From a candidate division FCPU426 bacterium (GTDB lineage Bacteria > Oederibacteriota > Muellerivitia > Muellerivitales > Muellerivitaceae), in NCBI GenBank assembly GCA_963830915.1, contig CAWHOE010000042.1:15186-79185 (forward strand): DNA of 64,000 nt. The letters are read 5' to 3'. Of the stretch, positions 46,303-55,277 are shown piece by piece. The stretch's first letter is position 1; the number at the start of each line of letters is the position of its first letter. The position numbers were made by a program, and so were the translations under genes. The notes beneath the pieces were generated by a model. That model searched no databases, had not been told where the DNA came from, and worked only from the letters and a program-made list of their open reading frames with translations.

Positions 46303-47508
46303 ATGGCCAAACCAAGGAAAAAACCCTCAACCTCAAGTTCGCGCCAAGCCTGGACAGGGGAGAAGCTTTATTTCGAGGGAGATGACTATTTCAATGATGT
46401 CCTGAGAGCCATCCGGGGGGCCAAGCGCCGGGTGGACTTTGAGGTCTATATCTTTGAAAAAGGGGAGCTGGGGGACAGGGTCACCGCCGCCCTGCTTCAA
46501 GCGGCCCAAAGGGGGGTCAAGGTCCGCCTGCTGGTGGATGGCATCGGTTCCCCCCAATGCGCCGACGAATACGGCCCCAGGCTGTCCCAAGGCGGGGTAT
46601 CCTTCCGGGTCTATCGCTTTTTCCCCTCGTTATTCAGGATATTCCCCCGGTTCATCACATCCTGGTTCAACCGCAAGACCTCCCATCGGTTCCGGAGTTT
46701 CCGGTACCGCATGAACCGGCGGGACCACCGAAAATTGATCATGGTGGACGGGGAAAAAGTTTGGCTGGGAGGGTTCAATGTTTCCGACCAGCTTCTGGGG
46801 TCGATCGTGGGGAAAAAGGCTTGGCGGGACACGGGGCTGCGCCTTTCGGGCGTTCGGGAACCGGCGTTCAGGTTGGCCTTCGAGACGGCCTGGTATGACA
46901 AATTCCACCGTAGATCATGGAAGTTCTACCGGCATAAGCTGATCGACCGGCTGTCCCGAAGGACTTCCTCCGACCCCGTTCAGATCAACGCCACCCGCAG
47001 GCTTCGCGGCAAGTTCCATAAGCAATTGCTGGCGCGTCTGGGTTCGGCACGCCGGCGGATCTGGGTCACCACACCCTATTTCGTCCCGGCCTTGCCGGTC
47101 CTGCGGGCCTTGCTGGGCGCGGCCCAGAGGGGCTGCGAGGTGCGCCTGCTTCTCCCTGAAAAATCCGACGTTCCTTTCGTTCGGTGGGCTTCCATGACCT
47201 TTTTTCACGGCCTTCTAAGCGCGGGGTGCCGGATCTTCGAGTACCGCCGAAGCGTCCTGCACGCCAAAACCCTTTTGGTGGATGATTGGGCCCTGGTGGG
47301 CTCGAGCAATTTCAACCACCGTAGTTTCCTGTTCGACCTGGAGGTGGACGTGGTCTTGCGGAGCGCCGCCGCCGTGAGGGCGCTGGAGCGCCGGACGGTC
47401 CATGACTTCGAGCGGAGCGGGGAGATCAGGCTCCCGGGTTTCGAATCGCGTCCCTTTTGGGAAAGGTGCTTGACCCGGATATTTTTCCGGCTTCACCATT
47501 GGTTGTAG
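46303..47508 (+). CDS. Phospholipase D family protein (two HKD motifs; ClsB-like cardiolipin synthase)
   Basis: HRKLIMVDG...GGFN and HAKTLLVDDWALVGSSNFNHRS. Confidence 0.8.
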   Translation: MAKPRKKPSTSSSRQAWTGEKLYFEGDDYFNDVLRAIRGAKRRVDFEVYIFEKGELGDRVTAALLQAAQRGVKVRLLVDGIGSPQCADEYGPRLSQGGVSFRVYRFFPSLFRIFPRFITSWFNRKTSHRFRSFRYRMNRRDHRKLIMVDGEKVWLGGFNVSDQLLGSIVGKKAWRDTGLRLSGVREPAFRLAFETAWYDKFHRRSWKFYRHKLIDRLSRRTSSDPVQINATRRLRGKFHKQLLARLGSARRRIWVTTPYFVPALPVLRALLGAAQRGCEVRLLLPEKSDVPFVRWASMTFFHGLLSAGCRIFEYRRSVLHAKTLLVDDWALVGSSNFNHRSFLFDLEVDVVLRSAAAVRALERRTVHDFERSGEIRLPGFESRPFWERCLTRIFFRLHHWL

Positions 47509-47545
47509 CTTTTTTGTCCGACGGCCGATGAGGGCCTCGCGACTT

Positions 47546-47590
47546 CGATCAAATTGATTTCATAAGATCCATTCGCCATCATTTTGATAG
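47546..47590. promoter_or_regulatory. Paired GATC/A-T sites CGATCAAATTGATTTC ... CATCATTTTGATAG
   Basis: Motif family; upstream of 47706 gene. Confidence 0.35.
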
Positions 47591-47705
47591 AGGAATGACT
47601 CCCCGAAAATAATTATTTTCCGAACCGCCTTCCTTCCGCTTGTTTAATCCCTTCCGACGACCGATAGTGACCCTGTCGAAAAAATCAAAAAAAGGAAAAT
47701 CAAAA

Positions 47706-48104
47706 ATGAAGAATTTTTTGGCGGTCGTGATGAGCTTGTTTTTCTTGACGGCGGTCGGGGTTTCCCGGGCGGAGGAGTCGGCGCTGCAGAACGACAAGGA
47801 CAAGGCGGAGAAGAAGGTGGATGTGGACCAAAAGAACCTCGATAGATCCAATGACGAAATGAAAGCGGATAAAAGCGAGATCAAGAGCCACAACGAGAAC
47901 ATCAGCAGCGAGAAGAAGGAGATCAATAAGGACTCCAAGTCCTTGAAGAAACACCGCGCCAAGAGGGCCAAGAAGATCTCGGCCTTGAAGGATGAGCGCA
48001 AGGAAAACATGAAGATGACCAAGGACCTGGACGCCAGCAAACAGAACTTGGAAAAGACCGATGAGAAGATCGAGGATAAGAAACAGGACGGGGCCGCTAA
48101 GTAA
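47706..48104 (+). CDS. Secreted Lys/Glu-rich coiled-coil protein
   Basis: Signal peptide MKNFLAVVMSLFFLTAVGVSRA then KE-rich heptads. Confidence 0.45.
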   Translation: MKNFLAVVMSLFFLTAVGVSRAEESALQNDKDKAEKKVDVDQKNLDRSNDEMKADKSEIKSHNENISSEKKEINKDSKSLKKHRAKRAKKISALKDERKENMKMTKDLDASKQNLEKTDEKIEDKKQDGAAK

Positions 48105-48132
48105 TCAAAACTTCCTAACTTCAAGTCTCTCA

Positions 48133-48165
48133 AGGGCGGGCCTCAAAGCACCCGCCCTTTTTTAT
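48133..48165 (+). terminator. Rho-independent terminator
   Basis: AGGGCGGG-cctcaaagca-CCCGCCCT followed by TTTTTT. Confidence 0.7.
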
Positions 48166-48205
48166 TGCCGTGTTCGTGGCAAGCGCTTATTGGGGACGGG
48201 ACGAT

Positions 48206-48237
48206 GGATCATTTTGATAGTCCTTAGGATCATTTCG
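48206..48237. promoter_or_regulatory. Candidate UAS GGATCATTTTGATAG-N7-GATCATTTCG
   Basis: About 100 nt upstream of the sigma-54 core at 48332. Confidence 0.4.
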
Positions 48238-48331
48238 CCATGAAAGAGGCCGTCTTCCTCCGGGACCGATCCCGGAACAGGGATTTCCCAGGCCCGCGGA
48301 GGTCCTTGGCCGGTCGGATCGGGTCCGGCGG

Positions 48332-48345
48332 GGCACGATAGTTGC
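48332..48345 (+). promoter_or_regulatory. sigma-54 promoter GGCACGATAGTTGC (+TCTTAAC) for 48411 gene
   Basis: TGGCACG-N4-TTGC consensus. Confidence 0.55.
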
Positions 48346-48410
48346 TCTTAACTGAACAGGGTTAAACGGCCATTCGGTCATTAGCCGATCAAAACTTTAT
48401 CGGAGAAAAC

Positions 48411-49220
48411 ATGAGAACGAGATTTTTGGGCTTCCTGAAATTCGCTGGTGTTTGCGCGTTCCTATTCGTCGTCTCTTTCCTGGCGGGCACGAGGATCCTT
48501 TGCGCCGACCCCACCTTGCTTCACCTGGATTTCCAGGATGGCCAGGGAGGGAAGGTCCATGTGTCCCACGCCAAGCTGGTCCTGGTGGTGGACAATTACG
48601 TCGATAAGAAATACCTGCCGATCGGGGCGGACGGGGGCGTGGATATTCCCCTGGACGCTTCCTGGCTGAGGGCCAATTGGCCGGGCGGAAAGAACAGGAT
48701 CAAGAACCTGGAACGGGTCTATATCTTCCTGAAAGCACCGGGCTACGCCGCCGTCTGCTCGGACCCGATCCATTGGATGGGAACGGAGTCGGACGGTACG
48801 GAGAAGAACGTGGTGATCACCTTCCCCAGAGGCAAGACCGCGGCCATCTCGAAAGGCGACAAATTCTCCATGACCGTGAGTTTCCGCAAGCCGGTCGACC
48901 GTTCGGTGAAGGTTTCCGACGGGAAGGGACATCCCCTCCCGGGAGTCCTGGTGAAGTCCTTCGTTTATTGGTCCAAGACGGATAAAGGGGCATTGAACGG
49001 CGCTGATTTCCTGGGGGTGGGGACAAGCGACGCCGACGGCAAGGTGCCGGTGATCGACGGGGATTTTACCTATGCCCTGCAGGTGACCCGCCCGGAGGTT
49101 GATGGAAAAGCCTCGGGAACCATCCTGGTGGTGAAGAAGTTCGAGGATAAGGACCAGGAAGCCCCCGTCGCTGTGCCGACCGACGGCCCGACGGTGATCG
49201 ATATGCAAAAGGCCCAATAA
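48411..49220 (+). CDS. Secreted hypothetical protein
   Basis: Signal peptide FLKFAGVCAFLFVVSFLAGTRILCA. Confidence 0.5.
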   Translation: MRTRFLGFLKFAGVCAFLFVVSFLAGTRILCADPTLLHLDFQDGQGGKVHVSHAKLVLVVDNYVDKKYLPIGADGGVDIPLDASWLRANWPGGKNRIKNLERVYIFLKAPGYAAVCSDPIHWMGTESDGTEKNVVITFPRGKTAAISKGDKFSMTVSFRKPVDRSVKVSDGKGHPLPGVLVKSFVYWSKTDKGALNGADFLGVGTSDADGKVPVIDGDFTYALQVTRPEVDGKASGTILVVKKFEDKDQEAPVAVPTDGPTVIDMQKAQ

Positions 49221-49232
49221 ACCGACAAAAGG

Positions 49233-49427
49233 ATGGAATTGATGAAATTACTTATGGCTGGGTTGTTCTCCTGCTTTTTACTTTTATACACTGCCTTCGG
49301 GACGGGCTGTGAACCCTATCACCATCACAATGACGTTCGGGTGAATAAGGATGACCCGGACAACCACCATAACCACCAGGGCGGTAATCCTGAGAACATC
49401 ACCGACCACCAAGAGGATAACCATTGA
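49233..49427 (+). CDS. Small His-rich lipoprotein candidate
   Basis: Lipobox-like FGTGC; HHHNDV...NHHNHQGG; short, low complexity. Confidence 0.3.
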   Translation: MELMKLLMAGLFSCFLLLYTAFGTGCEPYHHHNDVRVNKDDPDNHHNHQGGNPENITDHQEDNH

Positions 49428-49479
49428 CCAAAGGAAGACCCTTCCTGGCGCTGGTTCGCGTCAGGAAGGGTCTTGGGTC

Positions 49480-50556
49480 TTACGCCTTCAGGATCACCTT
49501 CAGGGCCTTGGCCTGGGCGGCGTTGGCGAAAGTCTCATAGGCCTTGATCATTTCGGTGAGGGCGTATTCATGGGTGCCCATCTTCTTGGCGTCCAGTTTT
49601 CCCGACACTAATACCTTCAACAACATGGGCGTGGTCGCGGTATCCACCAGCCTGGTGGTGATGGCGATGTTCCTGTCCCAAAGCCTTTCCAGATGCAATT
49701 CCACCGGTTTGCCGTGCACCCCGATGTTCGCGATCCTTCCGCCCGCCCCAATGATGGACTGGCAGGTATCGAAAGAGCCGGGCGTCCCGACGGCCTCGAT
49801 GGCCACATCCACCCCGTCCCCGTTGGTCAAGGCCTTGATCTTTTCCTCCACCTTCTCCAGCTTGAAGTTGATGGTATGGGTAGCCCCGAAGGACTTGGCC
49901 ACTTTGAGCCGGTTGTCGTCCATATCGATCATGATCAGCTTGGCGGGGGAATAGAACTGGGCGGTCAGGAGGGCGGCCAACCCGATGGGGCCGGATCCCA
50001 CGATGGCGACCGTATCCCCGGGTTTCACCTGGCCGTTCAAGACCCCGCACTCATGTCCCGTGGGAAAGATGTCCGACAGCATCACCAGGGCGCCCTCATC
50101 CACGCCCTCGGGGGCGTGATAAAGGCTGTTATCCGCGTGGGGAATGAGGACATATTGGGCCTGGGTGCCGTCGATGGTGTTGCCCAGTATCCAGCCGCCG
50201 TTTCGGCAATGGGAAAACATCCCCTTCTTGCAGAAATCGCATTTACCGCAGGACGTGACGCAGGAAATAAGGACCTTGTCCCCTTTCTTGAAATTGGTGA
50301 CCGCTGTCCCGCATTCCTCGATGACGCCGACCCCCTCATGGCCCAGGATCCTTCCGTCCGTGACGGCCGGTACGTCGCCTTTCATGATGTGCAGGTCCGT
50401 CCCGCAGATGGTCGTGGTGGTGATACGGACGACCGCGTCGGTGGTCTTTCCCAGGACCGGTTTGGGTTTGTCCTCCCAGGCTTTTTGGTTCGGCCCGTGG
50501 TAGACCAGGGCCTTCATGGTGGCGGTCTTGACCTCTTCCTTGATCATCGTGCTCAT
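49480..50556 (-). CDS. adh: Zinc-dependent alcohol dehydrogenase (MDR family)
   Basis: GHEGVGVIEECG, catalytic/structural Zn Cys cluster CVTSCGKCDFCKKG, Rossmann GSGPIGL. Confidence 0.9.
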   Translation of the reverse strand: MSTMIKEEVKTATMKALVYHGPNQKAWEDKPKPVLGKTTDAVVRITTTTICGTDLHIMKGDVPAVTDGRILGHEGVGVIEECGTAVTNFKKGDKVLISCVTSCGKCDFCKKGMFSHCRNGGWILGNTIDGTQAQYVLIPHADNSLYHAPEGVDEGALVMLSDIFPTGHECGVLNGQVKPGDTVAIVGSGPIGLAALLTAQFYSPAKLIMIDMDDNRLKVAKSFGATHTINFKLEKVEEKIKALTNGDGVDVAIEAVGTPGSFDTCQSIIGAGGRIANIGVHGKPVELHLERLWDRNIAITTRLVDTATTPMLLKVLVSGKLDAKKMGTHEYALTEMIKAYETFANAAQAKALKVILKA

Positions 50557-50635
50557 AACGTCTCCCCTCGTTTATTTGGTGCCCGTTCGAATGGTCCGAA
50601 AGGGTTCTGCGACTAATGGATGGGTAGGAATTAAA

Positions 50636-50649
50636 GCAAGAAATGAGCC
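50636..50649 (-). promoter_or_regulatory. sigma-54 promoter (GGCTCATTTCTTGC+TTTAAT) for ADH
   Basis: GG-N10-GC; about 68 nt upstream of ATG 50556. Confidence 0.5.
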
Positions 50650-50943
50650 GACCAAGACCCGGCTTTGTCATGGATCTACATGTCTATCAGCAAAGCGCAC
50701 CTATATATGGACTTTAGTCAATTTGTTAGAAGCACAATCTCCCCCTCTGAAAGAGGGGGAACAAGGGGGAGTTAGTTTTTATAGGTTATTTCGGTAACGA
50801 CTAATACCCCCCTACCCCCCTTTTTCACCCCCATTTCTTCATTTAAAAATCACAAAAATGAGAATGGGGACGTCCCCATGCCCCGTGATATTTTCCCAAA
50901 AGAGGCATGGGGGAATGGGGGTGTCTGTACCTGGTCCTGAAAA

Positions 50944-50977
50944 ATCAAAATGAGGGTCGGAACGATCAATTTGATCG
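50944..50977. promoter_or_regulatory. Candidate UAS ATCAAAATGAG-N9-GATCAATTTGATCG shared by divergent ADH and rhodanese promoters
   Basis: Motif family. Confidence 0.5.
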
Positions 50978-51038
50978 TAATCGATCCCTAAGTTGAGGAA
51001 CGGGGAAGGGTTAAGGGTGTAAACGCTTGGATTCCAAC

Positions 51039-51052
51039 GGTACAGAACTTGC
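51039..51052 (+). promoter_or_regulatory. sigma-54-like promoter GGTACAGAACTTGC (+TTTAACCC) for rhodanese gene
   Basis: GG-N10-GC, TTGC. Confidence 0.45.
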
Positions 51053-51099
51053 TTTAACCCACAGGCAAGTACCTAACAAAATCTCAAGGAGTGAAACGC

Positions 51100-51462
51100 A
51101 TGCCGATATCCAAAGAAGGCGTCAAGGACAGGATGAAGGACCAGAACGTGGTGGTGTTGGATGTTCTGCCCGAGGCCGAATTCGCGAAGCTTCACATCAA
51201 GGGATCGGAAAACTTTCCTTTGAGCCAGAACGTGGCTGAATTCGTCCAGGCAGTCGAGGCTAAATACGGAAAGAATAAGTTCCTCATCACCTATTGCGCG
51301 GACGTGACCTGCAACGCGGGCCCGAACGCGGCCAAGGTCCTGAAGGAAAAAGGCTTCAAAGCCATCGATTACGCTGGCGGGATCAAGGAGTGGTCGGAGG
51401 CTGGTTACCCGACCGAAGGTTCACAAGCGAAGGTTTCAACGGCACCAGCGGCTTCCAAGTAA
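51100..51462 (+). CDS. Rhodanese-domain (sulfurtransferase) protein
   Basis: Catalytic loop ITYCADVTCNAGPNAA with active-site Cys. Confidence 0.75.
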   Translation: MPISKEGVKDRMKDQNVVVLDVLPEAEFAKLHIKGSENFPLSQNVAEFVQAVEAKYGKNKFLITYCADVTCNAGPNAAKVLKEKGFKAIDYAGGIKEWSEAGYPTEGSQAKVSTAPAASK

Positions 51463-51657
51463 ATTATTTTATTAGGCCCCGTGTTTTTCCAAGCGGATGC
51501 GGGCACCCTTAACAATGTCTTGGTTCACCGTGGGGAAGGAATGACCCCCTTAGGACCATTCGGTCGGCTTTTTAAACCGAAAAGCGGTCTATAGGGTTCC
51601 CCGCAAAAAACAATAAAGCCGTGAAAGAGGAAACCATGTTCTTCGTTTTTCAAGAAA

Positions 51658-52149
51658 ATGTTGGTGATGTTTTTGATGATGGGCGGGATGTTTTTGGCGC
51701 CGGCCCTGGCCAAGGCGGATTCGGGATATAGCCCCACCGAATACGGCGGAAATTTCGGCTTAGGGTTGGAGTTCGGCGAGCCTGGATCCTGGGGAGCGAC
51801 GGGAAAGATCTGGCTGGACCGGGATAACGCCTTTCAACCGGCGGTGAAGTTCAATGACGGCGGATCGGCGATCCTCCAATTGGATTATCTATGGCACAAC
51901 TTCGACATCATCAACATGAGGAATTCCAGCGGGGAAATGCCTCTGTACATCGGTGTGGGCGGCAATTTGGTACTTCAAAACACGGTGGAGATCGCGGCCC
52001 GTCTACCCCTGGGAATTTCCTACATCTTCAACAAACGGAATGTCCCGGTGGATATCTATCTACAGGCCGTCCCGACCCTCTGGTTCCCGACCGGGAATAC
52101 CACGGTATTCGATATCTATGGCGAATTGGGTGCCCATTACTACTTCTGA
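51658..52149 (+). CDS. Small outer-membrane beta-barrel protein (paralog 1)
   Basis: Signal peptide; C-terminal ...GELGAHYYF. Confidence 0.5.
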   Translation: MLVMFLMMGGMFLAPALAKADSGYSPTEYGGNFGLGLEFGEPGSWGATGKIWLDRDNAFQPAVKFNDGGSAILQLDYLWHNFDIINMRNSSGEMPLYIGVGGNLVLQNTVEIAARLPLGISYIFNKRNVPVDIYLQAVPTLWFPTGNTTVFDIYGELGAHYYF

Positions 52150-52253
52150 GTTCCTGCTGAAAATGCAAATTAAGGACCATAGGGCGGCCTCTGTTTCGGG
52201 GCCGCCTTATGTTTTTGGCAACCGCGTATCGAAGGTAGCTCAAGGAAAAGAAA

Positions 52254-52760
52254 ATGACGCCTTTCATTAAAAAACTCATGATGGCTTTGGGAGTGATGGG
52301 GATGTTCGTGCTTCCGGTTTATTCCCAAACCGAAACTTCCCAAGAACCTGTGGAAAAGGGAAGTATCGGTTTGGGATTGGAATTGGGCGAGCCTGGCACC
52401 TGGGGCGCTCTGGGCATCATTTGGATCGACCCGACCTTCGCCTTTCAACCGGCGGTCAAGGCCGACAGCGGGGGGAAGATCATCCTGCAAGTGGACGCCC
52501 TCTTGCATGATTTCGGGATATTTCCCATGAAGGCGTCGGACGGCGCCCTGCCTTTATATATCGGGGTGGGATTCGACGGATTGTTTCCCAGCTCCTCGCA
52601 GATGGCCGTCAGGTTCCCCTTGGGCATCTCCTACATTTTCGACAAAGCTAAGGCGCCGTTGGATTTCTACCTGCAGGCCGTACCGACCTATTGGTTCATG
52701 GACTTAGGTCCGACGGGTTGGGATCTTTATGTGGAAGCCGGCTCCCGGTTTTATTTTTGA
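52254..52760 (+). CDS. Small outer-membrane beta-barrel protein (paralog 2)
   Basis: About 45% identical to 51658-52149 (LG.ELGEPG.WGA.G.IW.D...AFQPAVK, PLYIGVG, LGISYIF, YLQAVPT.WF); ends ...GSRFYF. Confidence 0.5.
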   Translation: MTPFIKKLMMALGVMGMFVLPVYSQTETSQEPVEKGSIGLGLELGEPGTWGALGIIWIDPTFAFQPAVKADSGGKIILQVDALLHDFGIFPMKASDGALPLYIGVGFDGLFPSSSQMAVRFPLGISYIFDKAKAPLDFYLQAVPTYWFMDLGPTGWDLYVEAGSRFYF

Positions 52761-52778
52761 TTAAAGGAAGAATTGAAT

Positions 52779-52952
52779 AATTAACCACCAAGGGCACCAA
52801 GTTCACCAAGAACTAATAAAGACTTAAATTGAAAGATTTTGGAAATCGATACGACGCCGACTGCCTTAAATGTTTTCGGTGTTGGTGAATGTTCAAACAA
52901 GTGATTCTTTTTTGATTTTCTTGGTGCCCTTGGTGCCTTGGTGGTTCAATTC
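52779..52952. mobile_element. MITE-like element, copy 2: AATTAACCACCAAGGGCACCAAGTTCACCAAGAACT ... TTTTCTTGGTGCCCTTGGTGCCTTGGTGGTTCAATT flanking about 100 bp
   Basis: Same inverted-repeat family as 31082-31245. Confidence 0.55.
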
Positions 52953-52967
52953 CTATTTTTTGATTAA

Positions 52968-55277
52968 TTGTTTGGAGGACTTATCCCAAAATCCATCGTA
53001 CCCAAAGCTGTCCGCAAGATCGCCATGCTGGGCAGTCATTTGCCCCGTCTTTGCGGCATCGCGACCTTCACGTCCGACCTGAGCGACGCCCTCCAGGGCC
53101 AATCCCCCGATATCGACCTGTTCGTTCTGGCCATGAACGACGGCGAGAAGCGCTACCCCTACCCGGGCCGGGTCCGGTTCGAACTGGCCGAAAGCGACTT
53201 GGCTTCCTACCGTCGGGCGGCGGATTTCCTCAACGTCAACACGGTGGATGTGCTGTGCCTTCAGCACGAGTACGGCATCTTCGGCGGCAAGGCCGGGGGC
53301 CATGTGCTGGCGCTCTTGCGGGAACTGCGTATGCCGGTGGTGACGACCCTTCACACCATCCTGACCGAGCCCAACGAGACCCAGAGAGCCGTCATGGACG
53401 AGATCACCCGTCTTTCCGAACGCCTGGTCGTCATGACCGCCCACGGCGCCGCCACGCTCAAGGAAGTGCACGGGGTATCCGCCGATAAGATCGACCTGAT
53501 CCCCCACGGCATCCCTTACGTGCCATTCGACTGCGTGAACAAGGACCAGCTGGGCGTGGAAGGCAAAAAGGTGCTCCTGACCTTCGGGCTTCTCTCGCCG
53601 GACAAGGGCATCGAGAACGTCATTGAGGCCCTGCCCGCCATCCTGGCCAAGCACCCGGACACGGTCTATATCGTGCTGGGCGCCACCCATCCGCACGTCA
53701 AGGCCAACCACGGCGAGATGTACCGGCTGGGGCTGGAGAACCTGGCCAAGAAACTGGGCGTGGATTCGGCCATCATTTTCCACAACCGCTTCGTCAGCCA
53801 GATGGAACTTACCCAGTTCCTTTCCGCCGCCGACATCTACGTCACCCCCTATCTCAACAAGGAACAAACCACTTCCGGCACCCTGGCCTACGCCATGGGG
53901 TCGGGCAGGGCCGTTATTTCCACCCCTTACTGGCACGCCAGCGAGCTTCTGGCTGATGGGCGGGGAGTGCTGGTGCCTTGGAAGGACCCTACAGCTATCG
54001 CCGCCGCGGTGAACGATCTTCTTTCCAACGACGACAAAAGGCTGGCCATGCGCCGGCGGGCCGCAGACCTGGGCAAGGAAATGCTCTGGCCCGCGGTGGG
54101 GAACAGGTACCTTCGCAGTTTCGAGCAGGCCAGCGGGGAGCATTCGGTCAGGCTTAAATCCGTTTTCCAGGCCAAGACCCTGGTCGAACAACCGGCCGAC
54201 TGGCCCGACATCAAACTGGAACATCTCCAGTTAATGACGGACGAGACAGGCCTGCTTCAGCACGCGGCCTTCAGCGTGCCCCGTTACGAGGACGGCTACT
54301 GTCTGGATGACAACGCCCGGGCCCTGTTGCTGATGACCCTCATCGAGGACTCGGAAGCGGGAAGCGTCAAGGAAACCCGCGCCCTGGCTTCCCGCTATTT
54401 GGCTTTCGTGAATCACGCGTTCAACGTGGAAAAGGGAAGGTTCCGTAATTTCCTGCCCTACTCCCGCCATTGGGTGGAGGAACTGGGTTCGGAAGAAAGC
54501 CATGGGCGGGCCCTCTGGGCCCTGGGGAGCGTGGTGGGCCGGGCGGTCAACCCTGGCCATCTGAGTTTGAGCCGTGACCTGTTCCAATCGGCCCTGCCGG
54601 CGATCCAAAGTTTTTCCAGCCCCCGGGCCTGGGCCTACTCCCTGTTGGGGATCGAGGAATATCTGAGGGCCTTTGACGGGGACCGGGGCGTGCAAAACAT
54701 CCGTAAGACCATCGCGGAGAGACTTCTGGGGCTTTACCAACGAACCAGCGGGTCCAATTGGCCCTGGTTCGAGAATAAGGTGACCTATTGCAACGCCAGG
54801 CTGTGCCAGGCCTTGATCGTCTCGGGAAGTTGGATGGGGGACAAAACGATGCTAGAGGCTGGCCTAGCCTCTCTGACTTGGCTGGCCGGTATCCAACGGA
54901 CGGAGGAAGGCCTTTTCGCCCCCGTCGGTTCCAACGGTTTCTACACCAAGGACGGAGCCAAAGCGATCTTCGATCAACAGCCAGTGGAAGCCTGCGGGAT
55001 GGTCTCGGCTTGCCTGGAAGCGCTCCGGGCCACAGGGGACCGAACGTGGTTGGACCAGGCCCGTCGGGCTTTCAACTGGTTCCTGGGGGAAAACCAACTG
55101 CGCCAATCCCTCTATGAGATCACGACGGGCGGGTGCAGGGACGGGTTACACGCTGAGCGTGTGAACGAGAACCAGGGGGCGGAATCGACTTTGTCGTTCC
55201 TGCTCGCCCTTTGTGAGATGAGGTCCGCCGATGTCGCTGGCGGGGTCGATCCAGACGGACGGAGGACAAGACGATGA
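52968..55277 (+). CDS. GT4-family glycosyltransferase fused to a C-terminal (alpha/alpha)6-barrel-like domain
   Basis: N-terminal GT-B fold blocks (KIAMLGSH..., EX7E-like LAYAMGSGRAVISTPY); C-terminal about 350 aa helical domain; TTG start, ATG alternative at 53025. Confidence 0.7.
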   Translation: MFGGLIPKSIVPKAVRKIAMLGSHLPRLCGIATFTSDLSDALQGQSPDIDLFVLAMNDGEKRYPYPGRVRFELAESDLASYRRAADFLNVNTVDVLCLQHEYGIFGGKAGGHVLALLRELRMPVVTTLHTILTEPNETQRAVMDEITRLSERLVVMTAHGAATLKEVHGVSADKIDLIPHGIPYVPFDCVNKDQLGVEGKKVLLTFGLLSPDKGIENVIEALPAILAKHPDTVYIVLGATHPHVKANHGEMYRLGLENLAKKLGVDSAIIFHNRFVSQMELTQFLSAADIYVTPYLNKEQTTSGTLAYAMGSGRAVISTPYWHASELLADGRGVLVPWKDPTAIAAAVNDLLSNDDKRLAMRRRAADLGKEMLWPAVGNRYLRSFEQASGEHSVRLKSVFQAKTLVEQPADWPDIKLEHLQLMTDETGLLQHAAFSVPRYEDGYCLDDNARALLLMTLIEDSEAGSVKETRALASRYLAFVNHAFNVEKGRFRNFLPYSRHWVEELGSEESHGRALWALGSVVGRAVNPGHLSLSRDLFQSALPAIQSFSSPRAWAYSLLGIEEYLRAFDGDRGVQNIRKTIAERLLGLYQRTSGSNWPWFENKVTYCNARLCQALIVSGSWMGDKTMLEAGLASLTWLAGIQRTEEGLFAPVGSNGFYTKDGAKAIFDQQPVEACGMVSACLEALRATGDRTWLDQARRAFNWFLGENQLRQSLYEITTGGCRDGLHAERVNENQGAESTLSFLLALCEMRSADVAGGVDPDGRRTRR

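Noticed and set aside
52953-54224. 423-aa minus-strand ORF opposite the GT4 gene
   Set aside because: Antisense artefact. The plus frame has clear GT-B motifs.
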